The notes under the pieces were generated by a model. That model had not been told where the DNA came from, made no database searches, and saw only the letters and a list, made by a program, of their open reading frames with translations. A DNA stretch of 36,840 bases from assembly GCA_964035545.1 (NCBI GenBank), contig CAXIUT010000135.1, forward strand, positions 1 to 36,840, in the 5' to 3' direction. This document shows positions 11,182 to 23,687 of this stretch, piece after piece; positions within the stretch are counted from its first letter, which is position 1; every line of letters starts with the position of its first letter. This stretch comes from Bugula neritina (taxonomy: Eukaryota > Animalia > Bryozoa). A program made the translations under genes and the position numbers.

Positions 11182-12846
11182 ATGACTTGTAAGATAGTTC
11201 AAGGGTATGTGATTACTCCTATTTAACTTGGAAAAGGTTGTTTTGGGACAGTCTACAGAGGGTACGTTAAAGACAACAAAAATGAGCTTTTAGCTGTCAA
11301 AACCATCGCATTGGAATCCATCAAGAACTAAGAAGTGGTCAAGAGATAGATATAGATTTTGATGAAATTGAAGAGTCCAAACATAGTTAAGTTCTATAAA
11401 CCTGCCAAAACAGCCAAGCACCTCTACTTCTTCTTAGAGTATTGCCAACAAGATCTTAAAACCTATGTCAAAAATAAAGGAGGAAGACTATCTGAAGGCT
11501 AAGTTCAAGACATCTTGATCCAAATCTGCCATGGGCTTGAAGTAGTCCACTAAAACAACATTATTCATAGAGATATCAAACCAGCTAATTTCCTCATCCA
11601 TGATGGAGTAGTTAAACTATCTGATTTCGGGTTCGCAAGGGTGGTTGATGATTTAGATGAGCCATTGTTTTTAACTTTCCTTGGATCTCCACTCTACATG
11701 CCTCCTCAGATACTAGCTCGACAAAAGTTCAGTTCAAAATGTGATGTATGGTCATTAGGAGTGACAATATACTAGATTCTTTATGGAAAGCCACCATTTA
11801 CAGCTCAAAATCCAAAAGAACTGTTATAAAACATCCGCACAAAACCTTTAACCTTTCCTTAAAACATTCCTCGATCTTAGTAAATAAAAGATCTTCTAAG
11901 GTCAATGTTAATAATCTAATAGTCAAAAAGAATATCAATATAAGAGCTGATACATCACCCATATATATGTCAAACTATGAAGTAATAGCCAATAGTAACT
12001 GAAAACAGTTTAATTCAATCCTTTGCAAGTAGTCAAAGTTACATGAGTAGAAATAAGGTAATAACAAAGACAAGTATGAGTCCTGAGGTATCAAATAACT
12101 TTCCTTCATCAAGAGGTGACAAAGATAAGATGAAATCTTAGAGTAAATAGAATGACTTTACTCGCGAAGTAGACTAACAAAATCAGAAGATAAATGTCTA
12201 TTTAAAGGTATAGTAAGTTGACTAGGTTATGAGATACAAAAGAAATGTCTCTGTATTTTTGAATGTACAATGTAATAATTACTTTTCCAATGTTTGTGAG
12301 ATACTACCTTAGATATAATTTCATATCGGTCTCTTTGTTCTTTTATATCACCAAATAAAAATCCATTTTGATATAAAATCATAACTGAACTAAATAAAAC
12401 CTCCATCCAAAATGTTCCTACCTTAAATCTGGAACGCCTATAGAACTTCAATACCCTATCAAAGAATAATCAAACTAATCGACTCTGATCTTAAACACTT
12501 GGAGGCCTATTTTAAAGAGGTTAAATCAAGAGTAGAAATAGGTATTAAAAATAAATAGAATAGATAAAAGTATCATAATTTACTTGATATTTTCGATAAT
12601 TTCTATTAAAGTTTTAGCTAAAATAAGTTTTTAGATGGAGCCTATGAAGTTATCATAAAAACTATAATCAGAAATATAAAAAAGACATAAAAAAAATTGA
12701 AAGATAAAAGATTATTCACCAAATTAATGATAACTATCATCCCCTTCAAATACCTTAAATAAAACATCGATTTTGGATTATTCTACTAAAGATAAGAGTA
12801 ATAACTATAAAAATTAAGAAGCATATTCGGATAACTAAACATATGA
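11182..12846 (+). CDS. Ser/Thr kinase, ULK/Atg1-like (554 aa)
   Basis: LGKGCFGTVY, AVK, KR[TAG]I[TAG]IL, HRDIKPAN, DFGFAR, GSPLYMPPQIL, KCDVWSLG; open to TGA at 12844-12846. Confidence 0.93.
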
Positions 12847-12985
12847 TAGCCAATAAACTCTATTTGTTATAATTTGTTTCTGATTGAAATAAATATCGAC
12901 TTCTTATCTATTTGTCTATTAAATATCTATAATTCAAGAGAAAAAGGAAAGGTTTTTATTAATTTGATAATTCATAATTTTATTG

Positions 12986-13399
12986 ATGTAAATATAGGGA
13001 GAGGGTCCATTTGAAATAGTACATAATGCTCGCAGTACAAAAGGAAATCGTTCTCGTAAGAGTTCAATGTCAACAATAGACAAATAGACCTTAAAATCAA
13101 ATAAAAACAAAATTAGAAAAATGTCGATGAACCCATAATCAATAAACAAATAGGTTATTAAGTAATAAATAAATGATAAATATGCAGTTAGATCTTTACA
13201 ATAGGAAATGATATAGTAGAATGAATATAAATATGTAGAGGATGATTTAATGTAATTGTCGAATAGTAAGATTCAGAGTTCAAGATAGATAGAATTATAG
13301 AAAGGAATACTATTTGGGATTGGAAGTTAGAAAGAATTGGAAATTGATTTTTAATGTTGTAAAAAATATATATAAAAAGATTGGTTGAAATAGGAATGA
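12986..13399 (+). CDS. Small hypothetical protein (137 aa)
   Basis: 414-nt ATG-to-TGA ORF in table 30 filling the gap. Confidence 0.65.
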
Positions 13400-13506
13400 G
13401 TAAATGATATTATCTTTTATAAATTTCACTATTCTTTTACTTAATTAAGTATTGATTTATGTTACTTGTGAATTATGTAGTATTATGATCAGATTTAATA
13501 GATATA

Positions 13507-14366
13507 ATGGATGAAGAGCTGACCCGTGGCTTATTGAACAGAAACAAAGGATTTTAAAAGCTATATGAAGACGGCCTTATTAGAGTAGCTAAAATAAGAC
13601 AAAAAAACGATGCCTTTCAAAAACATGTCGGACCAGACATAGAATAATAGCTCAGATAATAAATCAAAGATCAAAGCAAATTCATTGAAGTACTATTATT
13701 TTAAACATAGAAATAAATAAGATAACTAAAAAGCATATTAAACCAAATGTAGAGCAAATATCGTGACCCTGAATCAAAAAACAAAATAAAACAACTGAAG
13801 ACAGATGCCCACAAACAAATTTAAAGAAATAAGATAATCCTAAAAGATATAATAAAAGAGTAATTCCTTCAAGATTAAGATCATTTGGAAAGAAATCAAG
13901 AGGATCACAGGAAGGTTAATAGAATTAAAAGCTAATGGCCAATGGAATAATAGATTACCAACATCTCAATGGATAGCAGATCAATGGCAATCGACAAAAT
14001 AAGCAAGAATCTTTATTGACTGATAAATAGTAGTAGCCACAACATCAGGTGGAAATAGATTACTAGGTTTAAAGAAAAATGATGCTAGAAAAAACAGATA
14101 TGATCAATCAAGTCTAGCAGTAGGCACAAAAAATAAATTAAATCATCAATACGATGGGAGTCTAAGTAGAAGAACAAGGACAAAATCTAGATGTCATTTC
14201 TGAAGAATTAATGAACACTAATAAAAATATGACACAAGCTAATTAGTAGCTAAACCAGGCTGGATAATATCAAAAAAAATCAAAAAAGAAATATATCTTT
14301 TTGGTTGTCTTGATCATCGTTATCATAATAGCAGTAGGAGGAGTCATTTATTTTTTGGTTAGTTGA
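13507..14366 (+). CDS. Syntaxin (Qa-SNARE), tail-anchored
   Basis: SNARE motif INEIINTMGVEVEEQGQNLDVI with the zero-layer Q encoded by CAA, then KKSKKK and a C-terminal TM helix. The frame is joined by a candidate 17-nt intron at 13915-13931 or by an indel. Confidence 0.88.
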
Positions 14367-14418
14367 TCTGTGATGTTATTATATGCTCTTTGATAAAAGA
14401 ATTGAGTTATAATTAATT

Positions 14419-15901
14419 ATGTAGGCATAACAATTCGCTGACTAGTACAAAGTCCACCTCCTCCTCGGTTAGGGAGGACAAGCCAAGTACCTCTCCACTC
14501 ATTTAGTGTTTACCTTGGAAGTAAAGACAACCAGCTCTATGCTCTTAAAGTTTATTTTCCTGGTCCAACCAAAGAAGCAGCTTTTAAAGTTGAAGTAGAC
14601 TTCCTTACTAAGTTAAACTTTCCACATCTAATCAACATAGTTGATAGTCGACCTGAAGCCACAGTCAAAATCGGACTGAAACATGAATAAAAAAGACCTC
14701 TTATTGTATTAGAGTTGGCATAGGGAGGTGAATTATTTTAATTTTTATCAAAACTAGGCAAATTTACTCCTTAAGTATCCAGAAGCTATACTAAACAATT
14801 AATATCAGCTATAAAGTATTTAGCATAGGTTGGAGTATCCCATAGAGATCTAAAACCTTAAAATATATTATTCGATAAGAATTTTAATTTGAAGGTATCT
14901 GATTTTGGACTGTCTAGAGATGCTAAGGGTATATTCGGTGATTTCAAGTTGACTTCTAAAGTAGGCACAGAAGGATATAAACCACCAGAAATGGAATAAG
15001 GAAATTATACTGGTATTCAAGCTGATATCTTTGCTGTTGGAGTTATTCTCTTTATTATGGTCAATGGAACTCCTCCTTTCATGAGCACTAAACCTCATGA
15101 TAGAATCTATAAAATAGTTAAAGATAAAAATTATCAAAAGTTTTGGATGCTTCATTAAAAAAACAAACCTCCTGGACACTTCCCTGACTCATTCAAAAGA
15201 TTGATGAATTCTTTCTTCAGTGCAGAAGCTGATCGAAGACCTACATTTTAATCACTATAAAATGACTAATGGATGAGAGGAGATGATATGATGGCTAGTG
15301 AACTATTTACATATATGAAGTTAAAATCAGATAAACTGATAGAAAAAGATGAAATAAAACAGAAGACAGCTTTAGTTAGAAAGCATCTTTTTGAAAGCAA
15401 AGGTATATTGGGTTATATACAGCTATGTAAGAAGAGTGTTGTGGATAGAATCGAGGATAATAAGACGAATAAAACATGTCAGAATAAAGTATATTTGCTA
15501 GAACATATCGATCACTAGACATAAAAATATAAAATCTACCGATTTATACTAATAATAAAAAGAGTATTTACACTAGATTAAATCCAGCTTTTGTCGTAGC
15601 TTGGCTTCAAAATCATCTTGCTAATTTATTCAAATAAAAATAAACATTCATTCATGGATTCGTTTAAGATATCACTCCCAAACACTATGGATTGGAATAT
15701 ATCGATTCAAAGAAGCAATTGATAGTTGAGTTGTAATTTACAGTTGATGAAGAACAAGATACTGAGTTGTAGTTGGTTGGCCAGTTGCATCAATCAGAGA
15801 AGGGATAATTAGGTATAGAATGGATGAAAGTTGAAGGGAATGACTTCTGGTTGAGTGCTGTTTAAAATAGTCTTAATAATTCTATCAAATTGATACAATG
15901 A
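14419..15901 (+). CDS. CAMK-group (CAMKL-like) kinase with possible KA1-like C-terminal domain (480 aa)
   Basis: G[TAG]GGQANV, ALK, LELA[TAG]GGELF[TAA]F, HRDLKP[TAA]NIL, DFG, GTEGYKPPE; 20-nt introns at 14487-14506 and 15403-15422 restore the frame. Confidence 0.93.
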
Positions 15902-15957
15902 TCTGTCTAACATATCTTATGTCATTTCGTATTCATATTAATTATAAATTTATTCAA

Positions 15958-17034
15958 TCAGAAACAAAGAGCCCAGAAGATGCGAAGAATAAGGAGAAAA
16001 ATAAGCAACTTGTAGATAGTAATAGAAGATTTAGTTGATTCTTTTGAACTGATGACTTGTCTTATTGGTGTGTTCTTGAAATCTTATAAAATTGGAGTGA
16101 TTTTCTTCATTATCCCATCTGGCTTAGTTACTTCATCTGGCTTAGTCACTTCCTAAGTGTTATTTTCTTTTTCTTCGGCAACTTCTTCAATAGAAGCATC
16201 ATTATTGACTGTTTCTTCTTAATCATTGACTCTTTCCTCATCATGATTGGCATTGATTTAACTTTACTTCGAGTTCAATTGAATATAGACTTCTTAACTT
16301 TATTCCATTTTGGTAATATCATCAATAGATTTCAATTATTTTAATATAATTACGAATTAATCATCATTTTAAGATGATTTATTGAGGTTGATAATATTAG
16401 TTTTGAAAAGAGCTTACAATTCATTCTAAGAACATGATTATAATCTGCTAGGCTACTCTGTCTATACCTCACAATTCTAAAATTATAGTTAAATGCATTG
16501 ACTATGCTCTTAAGCCATAGTAGTTTGTTCTTTTTATTTTTAAATAAGCTTGATATCAAGTGATACTTCTTTCACTTCAATCATTTCATACGTTTTTTCT
16601 CGATTGTCAACTTATAACTTCAAAGATTCCTACTCCTCTTAGGGAATACACATATACTCTCCCAGTTTATTGCTGATTGATTTATCATCGAAAGGCTAAA
16701 GACTTAGAGGAAAAGTGTGATGTTCAATATCATTGACTGATTCAAATTGGACAGGACAATTCTTGATCTAATTGGTGTATTCTTTTTAGGTTCCTAGGAT
16801 TTAGAAGTAATCTGATGATGTCTACAATTGATGATGTAATTTGTTGGAATTCGTGAACATGTTGAGGTGTGTACTTTCTTTAAACTCTAGATAAATATAT
16901 TCATTTCTCATGGCTATTTTATAGCAATGAGAGTGTTAGAAAAGGTGCAATAGAGTTGATTTCAAAGGAGGGGATGTCAATTTGGCACAAACGACAAAAT
17001 GGTTCATAGATGTAATAATTATATGCCACATCAT
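15958..17034 (-). CDS. Acidic protein with C-terminal hydrophobic tail anchor (358 aa)
   Basis: 1077-nt ORF, E/D-rich, ending YKLLIFLLILRIFWALCF-TGA. Confidence 0.78.
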
Positions 17035-17075
17035 ATAATCTTATCTATTTATAAGTTAGCGCTATAATTATCAAC

Positions 17076-17883
17076 ATGGATCTCGACTACCTAGAAAACG
17101 CACTCTAAAATATGGAACTCAAGTCCTAACAAATCAGAAACGTAGCCGATTACTGCATCATCAACAACCTTGATAACTAATTCGAAATATCTAAACTCAT
17201 AGACAAACATTTCTACAAACATAAAAACCCTAAAATAAAAACAGCACTCTTTCTACTATCAAGTGATCTGTTTCTTTTGGCTAATCTAAAAAAAAATAAA
17301 CAATTCTTCAAACACCTAGCCCCCAAAGTTAGACCCTTCATCGATAATCTACTACCGTATCATCTTCACTATCTAGAGATGCTCTGTAAAATTTGTAAAT
17401 TGGAGGACTGATTATGGGAGCAGTATAAAAATGGGTCACCGATCAGCTTTTTGCTGACTCCTTCATGGATAAAATCAAAGATGCAACCACTGCTATCTTC
17501 ACTAAAATACAAGAATAAAGAGCCGGAGGAGGTAAACATGAAAAGTTTTTGAAATATAAAAAGACCTTTTTGATGGAATTGATGGATGTTAAGAAATTTG
17601 GACCTACCTCACAAATCTACGATACCTACGTCAACATGACTGACCTCAACTTGAAGTTGAATAGTTTTCAACAGGCATACTCTAAGATAGATTTTTAGAA
17701 CCCAAGCTAAGATTCGATGAAAAGAGCAAAATAGCTTTAAAGAATGGCTGAAGATTATCAAGATAAATTGCAAATGGTATATTTATAGATATTTAGTTGA
17801 TATGCTAGTTGCACAAAGGATTTAAGCTGGTAACTGATGAATGTCGCACTGATTTCTAGAGACTATAGAACAAAAACGAATGA
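17076..17883 (+). CDS. CID (Pol II CTD-interacting domain)-like protein, RPRD/Rtt103-like (255 aa)
   Basis: Helical N-terminus with KTALFLLSSDLF and VEKWVTDQLF; 20-nt introns at 17357-17376 and 17777-17796. Family call by eye. Confidence 0.7.
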
Positions 17884-17937
17884 TTTGTATTAGTTATCAA
17901 TATGATAGAGATAATTGATATTTTTCTACTATATTTG

Positions 17938-18748
17938 ATGTTTAAATAGTAATTTGAAAAGCAATCTGAGGAATAAGAAAACATATAATGCGATACAATA
18001 GGTCCATTCATCTTTAATAAACCAATAATAAAAAAGATAAGAACTCAACTCAAACACTTATATAGAAACTTCAAAATAAACACTTAAAAACTAAGATTGT
18101 ACACATCTATTCCATCAAGATAAAACGGAAGAATACATGAACTAATACCTGAATAAGTTTTTTAATTGGCTTAGAGTTATAAAATAGATACTTTGGTAGA
18201 ATTTAACATCCCTAAAAACAAATTATCTAATAGCAATATCCTAAGTAAATGTATTTTTTAGAAATTGTTGGTTTTGAATTTAGGAAGGTAATTACAAAAT
18301 TGATAAAGAAATCAACTCAGAAGTTTAGATTAGTTAAGTAAAAACATGAATTTTCCACTGCTTTAAGAACTATTGCTATGTATCATTTTTAATAAAAAAG
18401 ATAATAATCAAATAACCACTTTAAGAGGAATTAAAAGATGGAACTTTCCTTTTCTTAATAAACTCACACTTGATCTCAACTTTATCAACGATATTGGATA
18501 ACTATATCGAGCTCATCTACCTTCTTTGGCTCAAATCGATATCAGTATATCTATAAATATATGAGATGCTAATAGTATTGGTGACTTTAGAGGGTTATAT
18601 AAAGTTGATTTCGGGAGATTGGAATTTATTTAGCTATGTAATAGTTGATTAAGTAGACTAAAACAGTTATAATGGAGATTTATGTATTAGTTATAGCATT
18701 TTTTACACTAAATTTCGATAACTTTAAAGAGGAAGTTTAAAAGATTGA
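17938..18748 (+). CDS. Leucine-rich repeat protein (242 aa)
   Basis: LxxLxLxxNxI/L repeats restored after removing introns 18288-18308, 18380-18400, 18545-18565 and 18638-18656. Confidence 0.85.
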
Positions 18749-18814
18749 TTATAAAATATTACAATCATTAAAGATAATCAAAATATGATATTTAAATAAA
18801 TAATGGAGAAGCTA

Positions 18815-19585
18815 TCAGAAGGATATTTTTCTTTTCTTTTTTTCTTTTAATTATTTTTTAACAGTCTCTTCTGATTATTAAATTTGGTCTGATTAGCTAA
18901 AGTCAGAATTATTCGAATCTGTTTCTCTAAAACGATATTGAATTCTAGTAAGATCGTTACATCTAAGGTATATAGTGAAGATGGAATTAATCAATGAAAA
19001 TAGAAAACTGATAAAAGAAAGTAAAACCAGCATCATGATCGCCCACTTATTTATCACATAACTTTATAACTATTTATTAGAATGAAGCAAAGAGAATACC
19101 AGTAGCGATTATACTAGCATTATTGCCATTGCTATGCAAAAAATTATGTTCATTCTGAGATAATTACTCAAATTGTTTAAACTGATGCAGTTGTTGATCA
19201 GTTGGCTGTGGTGATCGAGTCGATCAGTGCAGCGTTGACAGTTGAGGCAGTGTTATGTCTATTCTTTTACGCTTTTATTGCAAAGTGAACAGTTTTTTCT
19301 TTTACCTTCATAGTGAACCTAATCATCAAGAATAAAAGGATCAACTGGGTCAGTGCTTGTTAGTACACAGTAGTCGTAGATGATGGGTATGTAGAGGAGA
19401 TAGTTTACGACAAAAAAGATGATGAGAGGGACATTGTTCCATCGGGCAATTGGAGGGACAACAAAAACTGAGTAAAGAGTGACTAGTAGTAAGACACTAA
19501 AAACCCAGAAAACTTGTTAACATTAAAGTTGTCTTGAGCATCCATTAATTTTTTAATAATCTTTACCTGTTTTTTGTTTGGTCAT
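18815..19585 (-). CDS. zDHHC palmitoyltransferase-fold protein (ZDHHC1/11-like) with DHHS (256 aa)
   Basis: Four hydrophobic helices, TSTDPVD, and CSLCNK...HCLNCQRCTDRLDHHSQLINNCIS; intact 771-nt ORF. Confidence 0.88.
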
Positions 19586-19687
19586 ACTTGATTTTTATTT
19601 ATTTAAATAGAAACTTAATCAATGAGATTTAAATATTTCTATAAAGGTTTATTGTTCGTTTGTAATTCTTTATAAAGTTAAATTTGA

Positions 19688-20980
19688 ATGATAGGACCTC
19701 ACTACTAAAGACTGGCAGAGATAGAGCAAAGGATGACTGCCAAGCAGATGTTGTAAAAGATAAGAAGTCGACCTGATAATCCTCTGGCTAAGGTTATAGA
19801 TAAACTTAAAAAATAATTTACTTAATATGAAACAGCATATAGTGATCCTATCATGGATTATCAAATAAGTTCACTTGATAGAATTTTATCTTTCGATAGC
19901 AAATTAGGACCTATACTCGACACCCTCTAAAAAGAAAATACTCTTCTCAGAAAATAATTAGGTGTTCTTGAGGGACAACTGTCTAACACTGTTGGTATTT
20001 GTGAGCAAATATTGTCAGAAAATAATGAGTTGAAAGTGATAGTTAAGAAAAAGAACTAAGATATCAATAAAATTATATAAACTATTGCTGGAAATCAAAC
20101 TGAATAAATGAATGAAATAGATTAAAAAAATGATCTTTTAATGAGATAAAATTCAATTCTAATGACCCATCTTTAAGAAATTAAAAAATAACATTAAAAA
20201 TATGTGATAGTTTTTAGATAAAATGAAGATTAAAAAAATAAATTATAAAGAAAAGCATAATAAATGAAAAAACAACTTAATGATAGCATGGGAAGATAAA
20301 GATAACTATCAAGAAAAGTATCACTCCTATAACAATCAGTCTATCATAATAGTTAAGAACTACATCAGTTGAGACAGAGTAAGGAATCTTTGACTTTTTA
20401 AAATAACTAATTGAAAAATCAAGTCATCTTGATGGAAAATAAAGGATAAGGTACTTCCTATGAAACTATTAAAAGACAAATGGAAGGTGAATATGAACCT
20501 ATCCTTGAAGAACATAGAATTTTAAAAAGATAAAGAGCTCAACTATTAAGAGAAGCCTAAAAAGTTAAAATTGATAAAGAAAAACTATAAGACTAGCAAT
20601 TACAACTATAGAGACAAGTCAATAAGTTTTCAGGTGATTTGTAGCTTACAAATTCATTACTGAATGAACAAAAATCTAAAAATGTATCTTTGAATAGAAA
20701 CTTATCAAATATGTAGGCTAAACTTAAAGAGCTAAAATAAGATAACAATGAATTGAAAGCCTCAAAAGAAAACTATTCATCTTATGCATAAATTCGTTAA
20801 AAACGTAATTTGGGAGAAATAGATGAGTTAAGAAAGAAATTATAAGATAAGCATTTAGATGCCTAAGCTAGAATTAATGAGATAAGTCTAAGTATGAAAA
20901 AGTTATTGTAGTCAAAAGATGAAGAAATAAAGAATTTAAGAGAATAAAATCTTCATTTGCAGAGGCTACATAATAGATGA
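19688..20980 (+). CDS. Long coiled-coil protein (430 aa)
   Basis: ATG and TGA in frame over 1293 nt; E/K/L/Q heptads. Confidence 0.8.
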
Positions 20981-21012
20981 TAATATATCTCAATTTGAAT
21001 AAATAATTAGTT

Positions 21013-21552
21013 ATGAGTAAAGGTGTAAAATTAGAATAAGTAAGAGAGTTTACCTAACCCACCAAAGAGTATCTATGCTAGCCCGAAGCCAATATTTACG
21101 ATATTGAATTCATCTGCTTTAAAATAAGAGATGCCTAAATGAATCAAGTACTATTCTAAATAAAAAAACCTTAAAGCTAAATCGGTAAAATATCACCCAA
21201 TCCTACAAGGTTTGTTCAATATCATTTTGGACCCATGTTCTTTAAATTAAAAACTGTAGGGACTACTCTAGAGTTCAAAGTCGGAGGCAAAGCTGTTAAA
21301 AAATTTACTATGATCGAAAAACATTACTTTAAAGGTAAATCCATCAAGTAATATGAATTTTAAGTTCCTTTTTGCATGCCTAATTCAAGAAATTCAATGG
21401 AAGCTCTTTACGATCTACCTAGTTTTGGTCCTGAGCTCTAAGAAGAGATGATAAAGAGTCCATTTTAGACAGTTTCAGATAGTTTTTACTTCGTTTAAGG
21501 TCAACTTGTGATGCACAATAAGGCAGCATATAGCTATGCTCCTTTCGAGTGA
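21013..21552 (+). CDS. UNC119: UNC119 myristoyl-cargo binding protein (179 aa)
   Basis: YLC.PEANIYDIEF..FKIRD...VLF[TAA]IKKP, TVGTTLEF, MIEKHYF, FCMPNSRN, SDSFYFV..QLVMHNKA.Y.Y. Confidence 0.96.
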
Positions 21553-21586
21553 TTATTCAACTTCAAATATTTTAATTTATCCACTA

Positions 21587-22448
21587 TCATTTTGAACTTC
21601 TTTCGCCATTTCTACTAAGCTATGAAGTATAAAACTTAAGTATCTTGAGATAGGAGTAATTTAGCAATGATAGATATATCGAAAATGTTTATATTTCATC
21701 TTATTTTGATGTTTTTATCAAAGGTAGTATCATCATATGAAATAAGATAAGATGTGTAGTTGACTTTGAACTTTATCTTTTTGGTTTAAAAATGGTATAA
21801 TTTTAAAGGAATAATCGGGACAGGAGAGCGTGATGATGCCGATCAACCAGAATAAGAAGAATATACTTGAAGGGTATTAAGAAGAAACTTGTATATTTTA
21901 TCAAATAGATAAAGTAAAGAAAAAAAAGGGTGAAATAAAGAATTGATTTTTGGTAGATAATGATAAATTAACATTCTGAGAAGTATATTTATCTTTACAT
22001 TCGAAATCGTAACATTTTATTAAAGTTTCAATAATATTCAAATATTATCATCATTCCTTCAAACTAATGTTTTTATGAATATAACTTCATTTTTGTTTTG
22101 GAGATCGTCTCAGTCAACTATTATGACATTCTTGCTGAAAATTAGCCACAAATAAGGGTTTTAATAATTGAAAAGCTACATATTTAAAATAACAACTTAT
22201 TAAGTTGAGAGTAGGATCTGGAAGAACTTTAAAAGAAGTTAAAAGTCTCTACCTTACTTTTTCATATCAAAACTATTCATATTTTAGAATAATTTATTGA
22301 AAGTCATCTGGATTTTAATGTCAGTACTTGTTTTTATCAATGACAACTCATAAGTCATGACATATAGTGTTTCCAAGGAGTTAGGAGATAAAATTTCATA
22401 TTTTGATCCTTTTGCTCTCGAGTTAAGAGGTGATTTTTATTCTCACAT
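21587..22448 (-). pseudogene. Possible decayed kinase-like gene
   Basis: No frame spans this 0.9-kb gap without TGA. Minus-strand fragments GMMIIFEYY*NFNKMLRFRMEREIYFSECEF and LSCPDYSFKII echo the kinase hinge, alphaE and subdomain VII. Confidence 0.3.
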
Positions 22449-22481
22449 TATATAATTAAATTTGATATAAGTCAAGCAACT

Positions 22482-23632
22482 ATGATTCAAACCCACTCAA
22501 AAGGAGTATAAACTACTCAAAAATACCTAAAATAGGGAGATATTTATCAGGATAAGATAGTACCTTCATAAGGTTTTACCTAGGCCAAAAAGGATGATTA
22601 GTTCAATAAATACAATTTTATTTAGACTAGAAAACCTTAAAAGTGATTGTTTCTTTATTTTAGATAGTCAACTCCTTTAGAGATGGGAACTAACAACAAG
22701 GAATGGACTTTTGAAGAGTAAAATACTCTTTTGTGCTTGCACAATAAAAAAGGTAATAAATGGGCCGAAATAGCCCGTTAGCTCAATAAGTACTTTTTAG
22801 TTAATTTTAGAAATGACAACACAGTCAAAAACCACTATCATTCCCGACTAAGAAGAGCCCTAAGGAAAATAAACACTATTGTTTCCTCCTATCTCAAAGG
22901 ATAATTCAAAGAGATGAGAAAATCTATCATCTCTTCAATTGTGCAGTCAGCTGAATAGCTTTATAGCTAAAAAGCTGATGGTGACATAGTGAGAGCTAGA
23001 GTAGCTTATGGTACATTGTTATTTATATAGACTTGAAGAACAGAATGCTAGACTTATGTAATGTTGATTAGTAACATATTGAAGAGAACTAAATAAAATA
23101 AATACGAAATTTAGTCAGCTAGATTTAAGATTTTAAAAATAATGTTAAAGTAGGAGAGAAAAAGGTCAAAAACAGTCCATCAAAAGGAAATAAATACAAA
23201 GGAAAGTAAATTCTAGGACTCTTGAATTAAAACTAAAAAGGAAAATTTCTATAAAGTTCCTCTAACTCTAAAAGAAATCAAACTATTATAGAGGATTTAA
23301 TGCCTAAAACCCTTTAAAAAGTTGAAAAAAAGAGATAAAATACTCAAGTTTAAGGTATGAACGTGACGATGGTGAACAATTTTCAGCCGATCGTTTACTT
23401 GAATCAGGGAATATTTCCATATCAAGCAATGTACTGGCAGATATATCCTGAACAAGATAACTTGATATATTCAGGCAGAGAGTCTTCCTTCACCTTCTGC
23501 CAGCCTCAACAAATGAACCAATTCGATGTAGTTAGCAACTATCAGAAAGTTGAGAAATGTCCGACTGTAGATCAAATAGGAGACTAGATGATCGAATCGG
23601 AAGGACATTAAATGAAGTAATCACTTTTGTGA
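22482..23632 (+). CDS. Myb-like DNA-binding protein, single clear repeat (362 aa)
   Basis: EWTFEE[TAA]NTL...GNKWAEIAR.L.KNDNTVKNHYHSRLRR; introns at 22643-22663, 22790-22810 and 23011-23030. Confidence 0.9.
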
Positions 23633-23687
23633 TATTTAATTCCTTTATTTGTTATATATTTTAAAAATTAGAAAAAATATTTAGAAT

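Noticed and set aside
19243-19248. Split code with UAA=Lys and UAG=Glu, suggested by T-[TAA]-HC in the DHHC domain
   Set aside because: TAA occupies invariant Glu sites in UNC119, the chromodomain, PKA-R and a kinase; this DHHC position is variable.
21587-22448. TGA read as Trp, Cys or Sec
   Set aside because: In-frame TGAs occur only in this degraded region, in introns or after indel breaks; Trp is TGG in all conserved proteins.
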